From positions 32,001 through 96,000 of the IMG/VR virus record IMGVR_UViG_3300036828_000755: a DNA stretch of 64,000 nt. One strand, written 5' to 3'. The DNA is from a virus. The stretch's first letter is position 1; every line of letters begins with the position of its first letter. The position numbers were made by a program, and so were the translations under genes. Below the pieces are notes generated by a model. That model did no database searches. It saw nothing but the letters and a program-made list of their open reading frames with translations, and was not told the origin of the DNA. Positions 1-11,500 of this stretch are shown here, piece by piece.

Positions 1-1
1 A

Positions 2-3000
2 CGTTGGGGCAGTAAGCTGTCCCGTTGCCATGTGCGCGCCACCTACGGAGATTGACCCAAGCGCAGCCTTATCATAGACGAAGTTGGCCGAGGTGCCCCA
101 CGCATTGTTGTCATTGAACACCACTTGGGTGTCGGTCCCAGGAGGTGCTACGAGTATCGGGTGATAGCCCGTACCACTGAACGAGACGTACAACTGCGTC
201 GAGGTCGCGTACAGGAAAGCAAAGTTCAGGCCACCGCCTGTTCCGGTAGGATCCCCAGACTGATTCTTCAAGCAAACGAAAGAAGGTATGAGCTGCCCAC
301 ACTGGATCGCGCCGTTGCCATCAACAGAAAACGTAGACGGGTTTTGTAGCTGAAACGGGTAACTCGGGCCAAACGACGCTGCCGAAGCCCTGAACGTTGG
401 GGCAGTGAGCTGCCCCGTGGGCTGTTGTCCACCGTTGACAACGTTCGTTCCGGGAGCATTCTTGTCGAACACAAAGAAGGACGACGCGCCCCACGTGTTG
501 TTGTCGTTGAAGGTGACCTGCGTGTCTGTTCCTGGCGGCGCCGTGAGTATCGGGTAATACGTCCCACCATTGGCCGAGAACATCAGCTGCGTCTGGGTCG
601 AGTACAGGTAGCCAAATCCGGTGTTGTGCGCCGTGCCAGGGGGATCCGCTGCTTGGTTCACCAAGGCGATGTAAGCAGGGATCAGCTCTTGGCATAGCAA
701 ATTCCCTTCGCCATCCACGTTAAATAGTCCAGGGTTCTGAAGCTGAAACGGGTAGTTCGTCCCGACCGAATCTGAGGAAGCCCTGAACATGGGAGCTGTA
801 AGTTGCCCGATAGCTACCTGCGGACCGCCCAATGGTGGGTGTACCCCTAGCGCATTCTTGTCATAGACGAATTGGTTTGACGCACCCCACAAACCACTGT
901 CATTGAACACCACCTGGGTATCGTCTCCCGGCGGTACCGCGCTCAATGTATGGTACGTTCCCCCGTTTATCGACAACATCAGTTGAGTATCGGTCGAATA
1001 CAGGTAGGCGTAGTTCTTGTTACCGAGCGTTCCTAGCGGATCACTGGCGGGTGATTCGCCCGGCTGATTCTTCAAAGCTATGTACGAAGGAATGAGCTCA
1101 CCGCACTGCAACGCCCCGTTGCCGTCCACCGAAAAGATGACCGGGTTTGCCAGTTGAAACGCCATGGGGGCTGAGCCCGGAGGTCCACTCGACGCGTTCG
1201 AAATAAAGCCCGGCGCTGAAACGTTGGTCCCGTCGAACGTGAAGACGGTTGATGCGCCCAAGGCTATGGATCCGGTTGCATCCTGTTTGTTGAACACGAC
1301 CTGCGTGTCACCCCCGGTCACCAGGGCCACGACCTGGTACGGCCAACCATCTGGAGAAAACATCAACCTCGTCCCGGTCGAGTACAGGTAACCAAAACCA
1401 GGATTTTGAAGGGTACCTACAGGATCCCCTGGCTGGTCCACGAGAGCGATGTAGGCTGGGATGAGTTCCTGGCATATCAGGTCCCCATTGCCATCCACGC
1501 TAAAGAGACCAGGATTTTGCAGCTGAAATGGGTAATTGTAGTTCGTCGAAATTGAGGATGCCCGGAACAAGGGAGCGGTGACTCGCCCGACACCGGGAGT
1601 ATTATCGGGATTTTTCTCGTAGACGAAGTCGGCAACAGCTCCCCACAAATTGTTGTCGTTGAACACCACCTGGGTATCACTTCCGGGGGGTATCGCGCTC
1701 AAGGGATAGTACGTGCCGCCGTTGATTGACAACCACAGCTGCGAGTCGGTCGCATACATGTAAGCCCAACCAACGTTGCCAACAGTTAGAGGAGGATCAC
1801 TACTTGGGGATTGGGCACCCGGCCCACCCTGGTTAGCGAAAGCAATGAATTGCGTAATAAATTCCTGGCACTGCATCGCCCCGTTGCCGTCCACCGAAAA
1901 AAGTTGGGGATTCGCCAACTGAAACGCGAGTGGTGCAGAACCCGGGAGACCAGACTGTGCCTGCGAGTTAAAGTTGGTCGCGATAATGCCAGTGTTTGCT
2001 CCCCCAGCCACCGTGACGTTCTGGCCGTCGTACACGAAGTTTGGGCTCGCGGCGAATGAGCCGTTCAAGTTGTAGATTACCTCGGTGCTATCGCCAGGGG
2101 GAACATCTCCTGCCTTGGTGGTGCCATAGAAGACGATGTGCCAGTCCCCGGGAAATGGCGCAACTGCGTAGGTGATCTTGTTGGCGTTTATCGTGAAGTC
2201 GATTCCCTTGTGCTGCTCAACGCCATTCAGGGAAAGGAGCAAGACTCCGGCAGGCGTCTCGGAAATCGTGAAGACCGCGTTGTTGCCGTCTATCGTTCCC
2301 GAGGGAACCTCTTGCAAAATGCCAACACTTGCGCCTGGAATTACGCCACCGCCACCGCCACCACCGCCGCCACTGATGACCCCGTTACCAACCGAGTCGT
2401 AGGCTAACTCATACGCAACGCCCATCGCCGTCGACAACTCGTAGGGGTACGTCAACTCAAGGTGCGTGTCGTCCGTTATGGTATCGATCGGCCACGGAAC
2501 CCCGTTCACCGTGATAACCCCGAGGTTCATGTCGGTGGTGAAGGTCGTCCCCTCCCCAACGACGGTCGTTGACCCGGTCGTGACGTCAACAGATCCATCA
2601 GAATACGTCGACAGGTACAGTCCCCTCGCTGCCGAGTTCGTGCCGCCAGAAGTAGAGGACAAGTCATAGGCAAACCCCGAGTTGCGGACATATGCCCCAA
2701 GGGAAGCAAAAGGGGTCCCCGTCAAGAGGTGGACCAACGCCACGTTAGTCGTCCCAATTATTAGGTTTAGCAGGGATAGGGAACTGTTGAAGTCGGTAAA
2801 CCGCTGGAAGTTGATGGTGGCGTCCTGGTCGTTGACCTGGTAGATGTTGTTCTCGATCGAAAGTATCCCTCCCTCGATGTGGTATATGTCCGATGTTGGG
2901 AAGCCCGTGCTGGACCTTGGGTTCGGCCTAGTCCACCTGCTGTCGCAGTCCCTGATAATCCTGACAGACCCATTGATAGCGAAGATCCTGTAACCGTTGG

Positions 3001-3994
3001 ACGAGCAATTCTGCTCGGCAAGCACGTAGGGTCCTGCGCTGAAACCGTCGACAAGCAGGTCAGCCCAGTTGGTGCTGAAGCTCCCTCCCCTGATATCCAC
3101 GTTCGAAGCTTGACCGTACGCTGTCACGAACCCACCATCTGAGTAGGTTCCCGGGCTGCCACTCATTGGGATCGTGAACGTCACGTTGTCAACGACGGCG
3201 CACTCCTGCGCATTGACGATGTTGAAGGCGGCGGGGTTCACCGACCAGATGCTAACAGGATTTCCAGCTGCCAAGTTGTGGGCATTGGTCGTGACTACGG
3301 TAAGAATCCCGGACGCCCACGTTGCGGAGGAAATGGGACCACCCTGGTTGCTGGAGCAAACATACCCGTAGTTCCCGGTCGACCCGTTTGCCTGGGCACC
3401 TGAATCCAACAGCGAGTAGTTGTAGGCAACCGTCCCCTGGACCCACCAGCCCGCGTCCCTAAACCCAAGGAACTGCACACGGTTGAACATCGCGAAGTCG
3501 TTGTTGATGTCCTGGCCAAATGCGCGGAAGACGAACCTCGTCGCGTCTTTGTCACTCGTGACTACGCAGTCCTCGAGCAAGAACTGCTGAGAAGTCTCCA
3601 CGCCGTTTGCCGAAACCTCAAAGACGTGGGAGATCGGCTTAGCTGCCTTGATCGTGACCTGGAAGTGGTGGAAGTGTGGCTTGAAGCATCCCACAAAACT
3701 AAACATCGGCCCTACTGCCGCACCGCCCCAGGTGAAGTTCGTCGAGGAGCCCGAACCAAACATCTCGAAGCCCATGGTCGTGGTGATCGTCAGGGTCTTG
3801 GTAATTAGGAACGTGCCAGGGGGAAACGAGAGCGTTGCGGGATATAGGGAAGTGATTCGCTTGGCTGCCGAGTCAATGGCTGACTGTATCGCGGCCGTGT
3901 CGTCCGCAACCCCGTCCCCCACGACGCCAAACATCTTAGCGTCTAGGTTGTCTCCCAAGAAATCGCTGACGGTCCTCTCTGCTGCCGTTGACAT
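2..3994 (-). CDS. Tailspike/tail fibre protein, >1331 aa, truncated at left window edge; N-terminal pectate-lyase-3-like beta-helix start, poly-Gly linker, five ~130-aa repeats
   Basis: Not in ORF track (no stop inside window). ATG at 3994, one base after the stop of the tail tip gene. I translated MSTAAERTVSDFLGDNLDAKMFGVVGDGVADDTAAIQSAID..., and the same frame holds at 2345, 1922 and position 2 (...MATGQLTAPT). The FGVVGDGVADDTAAIQ motif is typical of tailspike beta-helix N-termini. Confidence 0.8.
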   Translation of the reverse strand, partial: MSTAAERTVSDFLGDNLDAKMFGVVGDGVADDTAAIQSAIDSAAKRITSLYPATLSFPPGTFLITKTLTITTTMGFEMFGSGSSTNFTWGGAAVGPMFSFVGCFKPHFHHFQVTIKAAKPISHVFEVSANGVETSQQFLLEDCVVTSDKDATRFVFRAFGQDINNDFAMFNRVQFLGFRDAGWWVQGTVAYNYSLLDSGAQANGSTGNYGYVCSSNQGGPISSATWASGILTVVTTNAHNLAAGNPVSIWSVNPAAFNIVNAQECAVVDNVTFTIPMSGSPGTYSDGGFVTAYGQASNVDIRGGSFSTNWADLLVDGFSAGPYVLAEQNCSSNGYRIFAINGSVRIIRDCDSRWTRPNPRSSTGFPTSDIYHIEGGILSIENNIYQVNDQDATINFQRFTDFNSSLSLLNLIIGTTNVALVHLLTGTPFASLGAYVRNSGFAYDLSSTSGGTNSAARGLYLSTYSDGSVDVTTGSTTVVGEGTTFTTDMNLGVITVNGVPWPIDTITDDTHLELTYPYELSTAMGVAYELAYDSVGNGVISGGGGGGGGGVIPGASVGILQEVPSGTIDGNNAVFTISETPAGVLLLSLNGVEQHKGIDFTINANKITYAVAPFPGDWHIVFYGTTKAGDVPPGDSTEVIYNLNGSFAASPNFVYDGQNVTVAGGANTGIIATNFNSQAQSGLPGSAPLAFQLANPQLFSVDGNGAMQCQEFITQFIAFANQGGPGAQSPSSDPPLTVGNVGWAYMYATDSQLWLSINGGTYYPLSAIPPGSDTQVVFNDNNLWGAVADFVYEKNPDNTPGVGRVTAPLFRASSISTNYNYPFQLQNPGLFSVDGNGDLICQELIPAYIALVDQPGDPVGTLQNPGFGYLYSTGTRLMFSPDGWPYQVVALVTGGDTQVVFNKQDATGSIALGASTVFTFDGTNVSAPGFISNASSGPPGSAPMAFQLANPVIFSVDGNGALQCGELIPSYIALKNQPGESPASDPLGTLGNKNYAYLYSTDTQLMLSINGGTYHTLSAVPPGDDTQVVFNDSGLWGASNQFVYDKNALGVHPPLGGPQVAIGQLTAPMFRASSDSVGTNYPFQLQNPGLFNVDGEGNLLCQELIPAYIALVNQAADPPGTAHNTGFGYLYSTQTQLMFSANGGTYYPILTAPPGTDTQVTFNDNNTWGASSFFVFDKNAPGTNVVNGGQQPTGQLTAPTFRASAASFGPSYPFQLQNPSTFSVDGNGAIQCGQLIPSFVCLKNQSGDPTGTGGGLNFAFLYATSTQLYVSFSGTGYHPILVAPPGTDTQVVFNDNNAWGTSANFVYDKAALGSISVGGAHMATGQLTAPT

Positions 3995-3995
3995 G

Positions 3996-6900
3996 CTAGT
4001 ACGTCACCTCCACCCCGTCCCAAGTAACACTGTTGCCAGCAGCATCTTGCGGAGGACTGTAGATCTCCCGAAATGGCTGATACTGCATTGGGTAGGAGTT
4101 ACCGTTGACGTCCACGGTTGCCACCTGGATAAGCACAGATGCCGAGGACAACTGAGTTACTACGCCGGACGCTACCGGAAAAGTTCCCCGAATAGTGGTA
4201 GCCGTTGACCCGTCTGAGTTAATTTTTGGGGTATAGAACGGAGTAAAGTTCCTCGCCAACACGATGAATACGGTGGTTGCATCAGGCATGATGTCCCACG
4301 TCCCGTTGATGGTGAACACCGTAGCTGTGTTAGAGGCAATCGTTTTTATGGAGCTGCCAAACCCAGTCCCACCAACTATCATAATGGAATTTCCGGCGTC
4401 CTGGTCTACGGTAAGCCCGTTTTGGCCATACCAGTTAACGAAATTTGGGTCACCGATCGTGTTGACCGTTATGGAGCTCGACATCGCCCTCATTACCACG
4501 ACATCTCCTGCCTTAAAGAGCTGGTTGCTATGCGCAATAAATTCAAGCGTGTTGAGCGTGCTTGTCGCTATCTTTGCGGTAGCTATCGGTTGAGGATTTG
4601 CGTTCGCCCTAAAATATAGGACGATCGTGTAGTTGACCCACTGTGAGTCTGTCCACTGCGCATCGTTGAACGTCAACGTCATAGGCCAGGTGTTGCCCAC
4701 CCTCTGGCCAAGTGTTACTTTCGAAATAACTTCCCCCCAAACACCGCCGTGGGCAATCTCGGTCTGCTGTATCTCAAACCCAAAGAAGTTTGGGTCCGGG
4801 AGACCTGAAAAGGTAGTATTATAGGCCGTCAACATCACGGTAGTCGGGTTCCCATTCGCATCTGTGTCAACGATTACTACCCCTGGACTCTGGTAAGTCA
4901 TGTGCAAGATGTCGGGTCCCATGTAGACCGACATGGATGAGGTTGTGCCCGAAGGCCAGTAAATCTTCGATATCGTGATCGTGTTGGTGTTAGTTCCCTG
5001 TGGAACCGTTGCATGTACCAGGATCGAGATGGGGCCCTCCAAACCGCCAGAGCTCAAGATAACGTAGTATGCTCCGGGAAGAATACTGCCGCCAGTATTG
5101 GCCGTGGTCGCAAACAGGGGGACTTGGGGAGGAGCATTCGTGGAAGCAACATTGACTGGGGCATTGCCGAAGATGTTGATCGTCCCCGGGACGTTCGAGA
5201 AATCAAAGGAAAAGTTGAATGTGTTCTGGCCACTGCTGAGGTTTAGGCCAGGTTTCCACGGGTATGGCAATCCGCCGTGCCTCCCTAACTGGGCTGCTCT
5301 CTGGAATGGGGCAGGGTCTTGACCATAGGCATCGGTATACCAGATGTCCTGGTGGAACCTAAATTGAAGTGTCCAACTTTCACCGTCTAGTCCTGGGGCA
5401 GCCGACATCAACCTCACTAGCTGGTTCGACATCCCAAGCTGGTCATAGTTCACGGCGCAGATGCAGCCGACCCTACTGGCAAGGTGAGCTGCCTTGGCTG
5501 TCGTCGTGAAACTAAAGAATTCGGTTCCTCCAGCGTCAAACCTGTTGTTGCCATACAGCGCCTTGGACAACTCCACGTTAGCTCGCCGAATAGCCTGGTC
5601 GAAGTTGTCTATCCCCATGACCTGCAGCTGCTCATCTATCCTTTGGTTTCCGGAGGACACATACCCGTCAGGGTCTATCAGCGTCAAGGAATCGACGACC
5701 CAGACGTTTGCCGAATCTTGGAAAGAGAACGCGACAGTGTTCGCCGTATCGTTGAGTGACCGACCCTCCAACTTCAACGAATCCTTGACGATTGAGTTGG
5801 CACCGTCGAACACGTAGGCCAAGTAACCGTTTGCCCCAGTCCCGTCTGCCCTCATAGAAGGATACGGGCTGTTGAAGTTTGACCCGTCTATGGGATCTGG
5901 TTGCTGGTCCGCAACCGTTAACTCAAGGTTGCACTGCAACTTGCCATTGGACGGGTTCCTGCTGAGCACTATCCCGGCACAATTCCTTATGCTTAGGACG
6001 GCCTGCGCAAAGGTTTGGCGGTTCGAGGTGGAAAAGCACAGGGAACACCTGAAACGGGCGTGCGTCGCCGAGTTGCCGTTGATGTCGGTGTAGCTTATCT
6101 GTTGGGCGCAAATCGAAGCAGCATTATACCACGTCGGCACGTCGAAGTCAGACAAGACGAACGGGCCCCAGATCGCAAGCAAGTCCATCAGTACCCAAAC
6201 GGGATTTGCCGAAGTTATCGAAGTTAAGTTAGCGTCGAGGCCTGGCACAGAAACAACGCCGTCGCTGTAGCCCACGTCCACCGTAAGTGGGAGGTAGAAC
6301 ACCGCCCCACCCGTCCCAGACCACCCGCCAGGGATAGTCACAACCCCTGGTGGGCCAGCAGCCACGGCAGAGGTGACGTACGAACCGTCCGGGACGCCGG
6401 AATTCCCCGACACGTAGATCGTCATCCCGACGGTGATGTCGATGTTGGTTGCTCCAGGACCAAACGTCAAGTCCGTGTTGGCCCCATTCGACGTAGCAGT
6501 AGTTACCTCGTACGCGTGCAGGCAGTTTGGGAAATCTACCAGGACCTGGACACTCGGTATGGAACCAGGCGCAGCAAGTTGGGAGAGGATCACCACCTCT
6601 ATGACGCACTGCGAACCGTGCGGGTCCCCCTTACTATCGTAGATCTTGTCACCATTGACGTAGCCATTCCTTCCCCCTCCCCTGCGAGAGCCATCGGCCG
6701 CGCCCATGACCCTAAAGGTGAACGTGACATCAGAACTATTGAACGGGATGTCGACGCCATTAGCTATGACCTTCTTCACTGTGGCTGGTTGAACTGGGGC
6801 CATGCAAACCACGCACTCGGCCCTGTCTGAGTTCGGGTCACCGGCTGGGGCAAGCACGGTGGCGTCCACGAACTGCGACCCATACCCAATGTTGTAGAAC

Positions 6901-7832
6901 GTCGTGCCAGTGGCGGGATTCGGGGTGTTGAACCCGTACTGATATGCTGCTCCTGGGTTGGTGTACTGCGTCCCTCCCCACCCTTGTGGGGCCAACCAAA
7001 CATTGCCAGGGAAGCGAGCTGTCGCGTTCCCTTGCTGATCTTTCGTGATGTCGCCGTCGGGGGCAAGTGTCCCTGAGTAGTTTCCCAACCTAGCCATGCA
7101 CCCTTGCGTCAAGGTCTTCTTGCCCGAACCACAGGACCTGGTGTAGTCGCACATCACGTACAGACCATTGCCATCCGTTATCTTGTCACCGTTCGGGTCA
7201 GTCAAGTTGGCGGTCGTCCTGTTTCCTGGGCCACCCTGGTCTGGGGAATAGCCACAACCCCAGTACGGGGAGAATGGGTTAATGAGCCCATCAAGCCTTT
7301 GCGCGGCGGTGCTCGGGAATTGGAAACTACACCGATTTTGGTTTGGGAAATTCGGGACAAACAACCTTGTCAAGCTCTGGCGAGCTTGCGCAGAAACGGT
7401 AAGGATGCCGTTCCCGGTTATGTTCGGCTTATCGAGTATGAAGTCCCAGGAGTAATAGTTCGTCGAAAACGCGTTCGTCGGGATGTCCCAAAGCAAGAAA
7501 ATGACCTTGACTGTTCCTCCCCTCCACCCGTGGGAATTTGCGTGGTTGTTCCAGATCTCAAAATCCCCGTCCGCAATCTCAAGTGAAATCGACCCCGGGA
7601 TATCGTACCCCTGCTGGGACAATGCCTGTATCTGCTCAATCGTGTTCTGGACCAGCCTCGACTGGTACGTGTTCCCGTTATACGTAACATCGATGGCACC
7701 TAAGCTAGGGGTAGTGGAGAACCTGCACACGTCCCCGTCAACGGCGGTGATCTCACACAAGACAAGTGGCTTAGGAATTGGCCCATACGGGACAACCCCT
7801 GTTTCTTTCCCTTGCTCGATGGTGAACGCCAT
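3996..7832 (-). CDS. Tail tip / central fibre protein (hub-like N-terminus fused to gpJ-like host-specificity region), 1278 aa
   Basis: Large ORF after the distal tail gene; Cys cluster (NRC...GCGY...CDYTRSCG...GCMARLG) like lambda gpL, and FSFQDSANVWVVDS...IDNFDQAIRRA segment like phage-tail_3/gpJ proteins. Confidence 0.7.
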   Translation of the reverse strand: MAFTIEQGKETGVVPYGPIPKPLVLCEITAVDGDVCRFSTTPSLGAIDVTYNGNTYQSRLVQNTIEQIQALSQQGYDIPGSISLEIADGDFEIWNNHANSHGWRGGTVKVIFLLWDIPTNAFSTNYYSWDFILDKPNITGNGILTVSAQARQSLTRLFVPNFPNQNRCSFQFPSTAAQRLDGLINPFSPYWGCGYSPDQGGPGNRTTANLTDPNGDKITDGNGLYVMCDYTRSCGSGKKTLTQGCMARLGNYSGTLAPDGDITKDQQGNATARFPGNVWLAPQGWGGTQYTNPGAAYQYGFNTPNPATGTTFYNIGYGSQFVDATVLAPAGDPNSDRAECVVCMAPVQPATVKKVIANGVDIPFNSSDVTFTFRVMGAADGSRRGGGRNGYVNGDKIYDSKGDPHGSQCVIEVVILSQLAAPGSIPSVQVLVDFPNCLHAYEVTTATSNGANTDLTFGPGATNIDITVGMTIYVSGNSGVPDGSYVTSAVAAGPPGVVTIPGGWSGTGGAVFYLPLTVDVGYSDGVVSVPGLDANLTSITSANPVWVLMDLLAIWGPFVLSDFDVPTWYNAASICAQQISYTDINGNSATHARFRCSLCFSTSNRQTFAQAVLSIRNCAGIVLSRNPSNGKLQCNLELTVADQQPDPIDGSNFNSPYPSMRADGTGANGYLAYVFDGANSIVKDSLKLEGRSLNDTANTVAFSFQDSANVWVVDSLTLIDPDGYVSSGNQRIDEQLQVMGIDNFDQAIRRANVELSKALYGNNRFDAGGTEFFSFTTTAKAAHLASRVGCICAVNYDQLGMSNQLVRLMSAAPGLDGESWTLQFRFHQDIWYTDAYGQDPAPFQRAAQLGRHGGLPYPWKPGLNLSSGQNTFNFSFDFSNVPGTINIFGNAPVNVASTNAPPQVPLFATTANTGGSILPGAYYVILSSGGLEGPISILVHATVPQGTNTNTITISKIYWPSGTTSSMSVYMGPDILHMTYQSPGVVIVDTDANGNPTTVMLTAYNTTFSGLPDPNFFGFEIQQTEIAHGGVWGEVISKVTLGQRVGNTWPMTLTFNDAQWTDSQWVNYTIVLYFRANANPQPIATAKIATSTLNTLEFIAHSNQLFKAGDVVVMRAMSSSITVNTIGDPNFVNWYGQNGLTVDQDAGNSIMIVGGTGFGSSIKTIASNTATVFTINGTWDIMPDATTVFIVLARNFTPFYTPKINSDGSTATTIRGTFPVASGVVTQLSSASVLIQVATVDVNGNSYPMQYQPFREIYSPPQDAAGNSVTWDGVEVTY

Positions 7833-7838
7833 AGTAGT

Positions 7839-8594
7839 TTAAAACGTGTTCTCTAGGGAAACCTGGACATCTGTCTCGTCTGGTCCGCTGCACGTGAACG
7901 ACAAATCGTCTGACCCATACCTTACCGTAAAACTTTGCCCATCCTCGTCAACGAACGGGAATAGGTACGCCATCCCCCAGTTGGCGATGAAGTGCGACTT
8001 AAGGTTGGCGAACTCAGCATCCCTGAGTCGCTGATAGGAAAGCATCCACCCCATCAAACCGTCTGTAGGATACCCCGAAAGTCCCCCGCCAAATTCTGGG
8101 GAAGTGTACTTGATGCCCGGCCTAGTCTTCGTCACGATTGTCTGGAAATTCTTCTTCTGTGAATAGGGCAGCGTGCTGATGGCCCCGTTCCACAAGACGG
8201 GGAACCGCAGGCCAGCTTGTCCTGGGGAATAGTTCTGCGTAACTGTCTGTGTCAAGCTCAACGGCGCGTCGTAGTACGTGCTCTTGTTTTCGGAACCAAT
8301 GAAGCTGTCAGAGTCAAGGCTCAGGTTGTCGTACGTGTCGGGTCCAAGGGTCAACGTTAGGTCTGTCCCATACTGGCCCAAGGAACCAGTAACGGCATTC
8401 TTGATCACGTTCTTCTGGGCCTGGCTCAGTATGGCGTACGGAAGTTGGAAGCTGAACAACGCAGAAGGCTGGACAACGTACCTCTGCTCGGAACCGTTCT
8501 GGAACCTCCCAATCACGGTCTTAAAAGAGATGGTCATCGTGAACGGGTAAAGGGCCGCGGACGTTCCCCTGATAATTGGCAGTGGTACTGGCAT
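7839..8594 (-). CDS. Distal tail (Dit)-like minor tail protein with two tandem similar domains, 251 aa
   Basis: Immediately downstream of the tape measure; internal duplication (LYPFTMTISFKTVI / LPYSQKKNFQTIV). Confidence 0.6.
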   Translation of the reverse strand: MPVPLPIIRGTSAALYPFTMTISFKTVIGRFQNGSEQRYVVQPSALFSFQLPYAILSQAQKNVIKNAVTGSLGQYGTDLTLTLGPDTYDNLSLDSDSFIGSENKSTYYDAPLSLTQTVTQNYSPGQAGLRFPVLWNGAISTLPYSQKKNFQTIVTKTRPGIKYTSPEFGGGLSGYPTDGLMGWMLSYQRLRDAEFANLKSHFIANWGMAYLFPFVDEDGQSFTVRYGSDDLSFTCSGPDETDVQVSLENTF

Positions 8595-8597
8595 GGT

Positions 8598-11500
8598 CTA
8601 CCTCGCTGCCCTCTGGACTTCCCTCGTTAGTAGGCTGTGTCCATCTTGCAAAGATTTAGCCGTCGCAAGCCCAACAGACCTGTTATTCTTCTGCAAATAA
8701 TCGTGGAAGCTGTTCGCGTCAAGCGTATGAACCGTGTAGTTGTTGTTGACCGTTACAGGGGGTTGTGGGGTAGGCGTGCGAGCCCCCGGGTTCACGATGG
8801 AGCCGAACTGGCTAGTCTGACCGCCCGGGACGTCGTAGTAGGTCGGTGGCCCGCCCAACAGCCCGTGCGTTTGCTTCCACACGAATCCCTGCGTGACGAG
8901 CGGGTACGGGCTAAAGTTGGAGGTGCGGAGTTGCCCCTTGACCCCTATGTCGGCGAAGGTCCCGGCAGAACTCGCCGTCACGTTCAAGGCTTGCGGGGCG
9001 AGGTACTGCCTCGCTTGAAGCATGTTGGATATGTCCTGGGCCCTCCTTGCAGGATTATTTATCATGCTACCGACGAGGGACGTCCCCATAGCCACACCAG
9101 CGAGTATCGCCTTTGAGATTGGCTCCGGGTCAATTATGGCGGCAGCCCCCAGCAGTGCCCCGGTTCCCTCGAGAGCTCCCCCAGCGCCGCCCCTCCTGAA
9201 GTCCTTGACTGCCTGGTAGGCCGCTATCCCTGCGGCCGCAACGCTCACGGCTGTGCCTATCGTGTTGGCCTGCGTCACAGCTGGCCTAGGACTGACGGGA
9301 GCAAGCGGTGGAAGTTCTTCTTCACCAGTGTCTATCCCAGGACTCACCGGGGCAAGCGGAGGTAAATCTTCTCCCTGGTATGCGCTAGCAAAGGCAAGTC
9401 CACCTCCACCTCCACCAATCAACGGAGTCCCTGCCAGGGCCCCGGCATTGCCGGAAAGGATTGATGCGTCCTGCCCAGGAAACAACGTTTCTGAACGATC
9501 TTGGTAAGCTTGGTCATCAAAGCTTATCGCAGTCGAGGTAGCAACTCCCCTATCCCCAGGCTGGTACCCAGGAAGCTGTGGATTCATGAACCCGAACTGG
9601 TAAGGCGTTATGGAGGGAGTGCCTCCCCACTCTGGGCCAAGGTTTGGGGGACCAACCCACCCGACCCTCCCACCGCCAAGGGCACCCATTGTCCCGCCAC
9701 TCGAGAGTCCGGGGGTAATTCCCAGGTTCTTCTCCATCTCGAGAAGTCTTGCCGTCAACCTGTTCAAGGCGTCGGTATTCTTGTCGGTGGCCGTGGTATT
9801 TTTCACGGTGACCACGTTCAACTGCGCGTCGATCTCCTCCTTTGTCGGGACCTTGGTGCCGAGCATCGTCCCACTCAGCATCTTCCCAAGCCAGGTGGGG
9901 GTGTGCACCGGATTACCTTGCTTGTCATACGTCACATTTTCCAACCCGGGCAAGAACATCTTGACGTCCTTCAACGTGTCGACCATGAAGTTCCCGAAAA
10001 CCTTGGAACCAAAACTCCTGAACTGGTCAGTCATGAAGCTCTTTATCGCGGGACCACGGTTGTACTGTGAGAAAGCTTGGAAGATTCCCTCGGAGAGGCT
10101 CCTGATCTCCTCGAGGTGCTGCTTGCGAAGGTCAAGCATCTGCTTGAGCTTCTCCATCTCAGCCTCACGAATTTGTTCTTCCTTCGTCTGTTCTGCCTCA
10201 AGTGTCTGGTCCCTGGCCTCGAACTCGGCCTGGATGTTCTTTAGCCGAAGCGTGTGTATGTTCTCGGCCGCAGCCATCTCCTCGTTCTGGCCAACGGCAA
10301 TACCCTGCAAGTATTCAACCCTGCTTTGCGTAACTTCGCCGATAGACTTGGCAAGCCTCTCACGGGCAGTATCGATCTCTTGCTCAACAACCTTTATGCT
10401 GTCGATCGCAGCCCTTGAGTTGGCCTGAGCCATGGCCAAGTCCCTCTGATTCTTCAAGGGGCCCTGACCCTCTATCGTTGTATATTTCTTGCGTTCCTCG
10501 TACGCTTCCTCAATCTCAGCAACCTGAGCTTTTCGGGTTCGCTGGATCTCGTCCAATGCCCTGTAAGCTGGAGACTGTCGCTTGTTAGCCTTAGCACTGA
10601 TCGTGCGATCGATCTGCATCGCAAGGTCTTGGCTGTCCTTGAACATGGCGATGCGCTGTTCAGCATCAGAGCCCAGCAGTTCCTTGTTATACCTCTTAAT
10701 ACCAGTGGTAAGCTCATCGAAGATTGCTACCTGTTCTTCAAGTCTCTTGTTTTCATCCTGGATTCCGCTTGTTGAGTCCATCCGAATCTGGGCTGCCGCA
10801 GTCATTGCATCGACGACGCTTCCGGTAGCTCCAGGTTTATCGAGGAGGTCCTGGGCAGCGATGCTAGCATCCCGAAGCTGTGACTTCTCCAACATCGCCT
10901 GGGTTGCCCGCTTTCTTTCGGTATCAAGTCGAATGATTGCGCTGTCCCTCTCAACTTCATTCGCGACGACCTGCTTATTATAGTCGTCAACATTATTCAA
11001 GAGTTTCAACGTCTTCTTGGCCGTGTTTTCCTTAACAATGTAAACGTCCAATATCGCCTGCTTCTCAGAGGCATAGTTCCCAATCGTGACGTTGGACTGG
11101 ATCTTCTCAATCGCCAGCTGATCCCTGGTCTGCCCAATCTGGGCCTGGGTCATCCTGTTAAGTTTACCAAGTTGGATGTCGCGGTTTTCCACAGCTTTAT
11201 CAGTAACATTCTTCCTGAGTTGGTCAAAATTCTCGAGTCTCTTCCTTCCAAGTTCACCGCCACCCAGCCCGGTAACCATCAGGTCTAGTTGGCGCTTCGC
11301 AACAGGATCATTAGCCTTGGCTCCTGCCTGCACCTCCTTGATCTTTTTTCCTAAAACGTCTATGTTAGCAATTTCTTGCTCATAGTCGAGCATGATCTTC
11401 TCACGAGGACTCCCCATCGACTTACGGGCACGAAGACCAACGTTGCCAAGTTCGCTGTACTTTTCATCAAGCTTATTCAACTTACCCTCGGCCTCAAGCA

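Noticed and set aside
9610-10428. Long plus-strand ORFs antisense to the tape measure, capsid and portal genes (e.g. 9610..10428, 22418..23320, 26503..27321, 28788..29585, 29610..30560)
   Set aside because: Shadow ORFs from GC-rich codon bias; no RBS logic or recognisable motifs.
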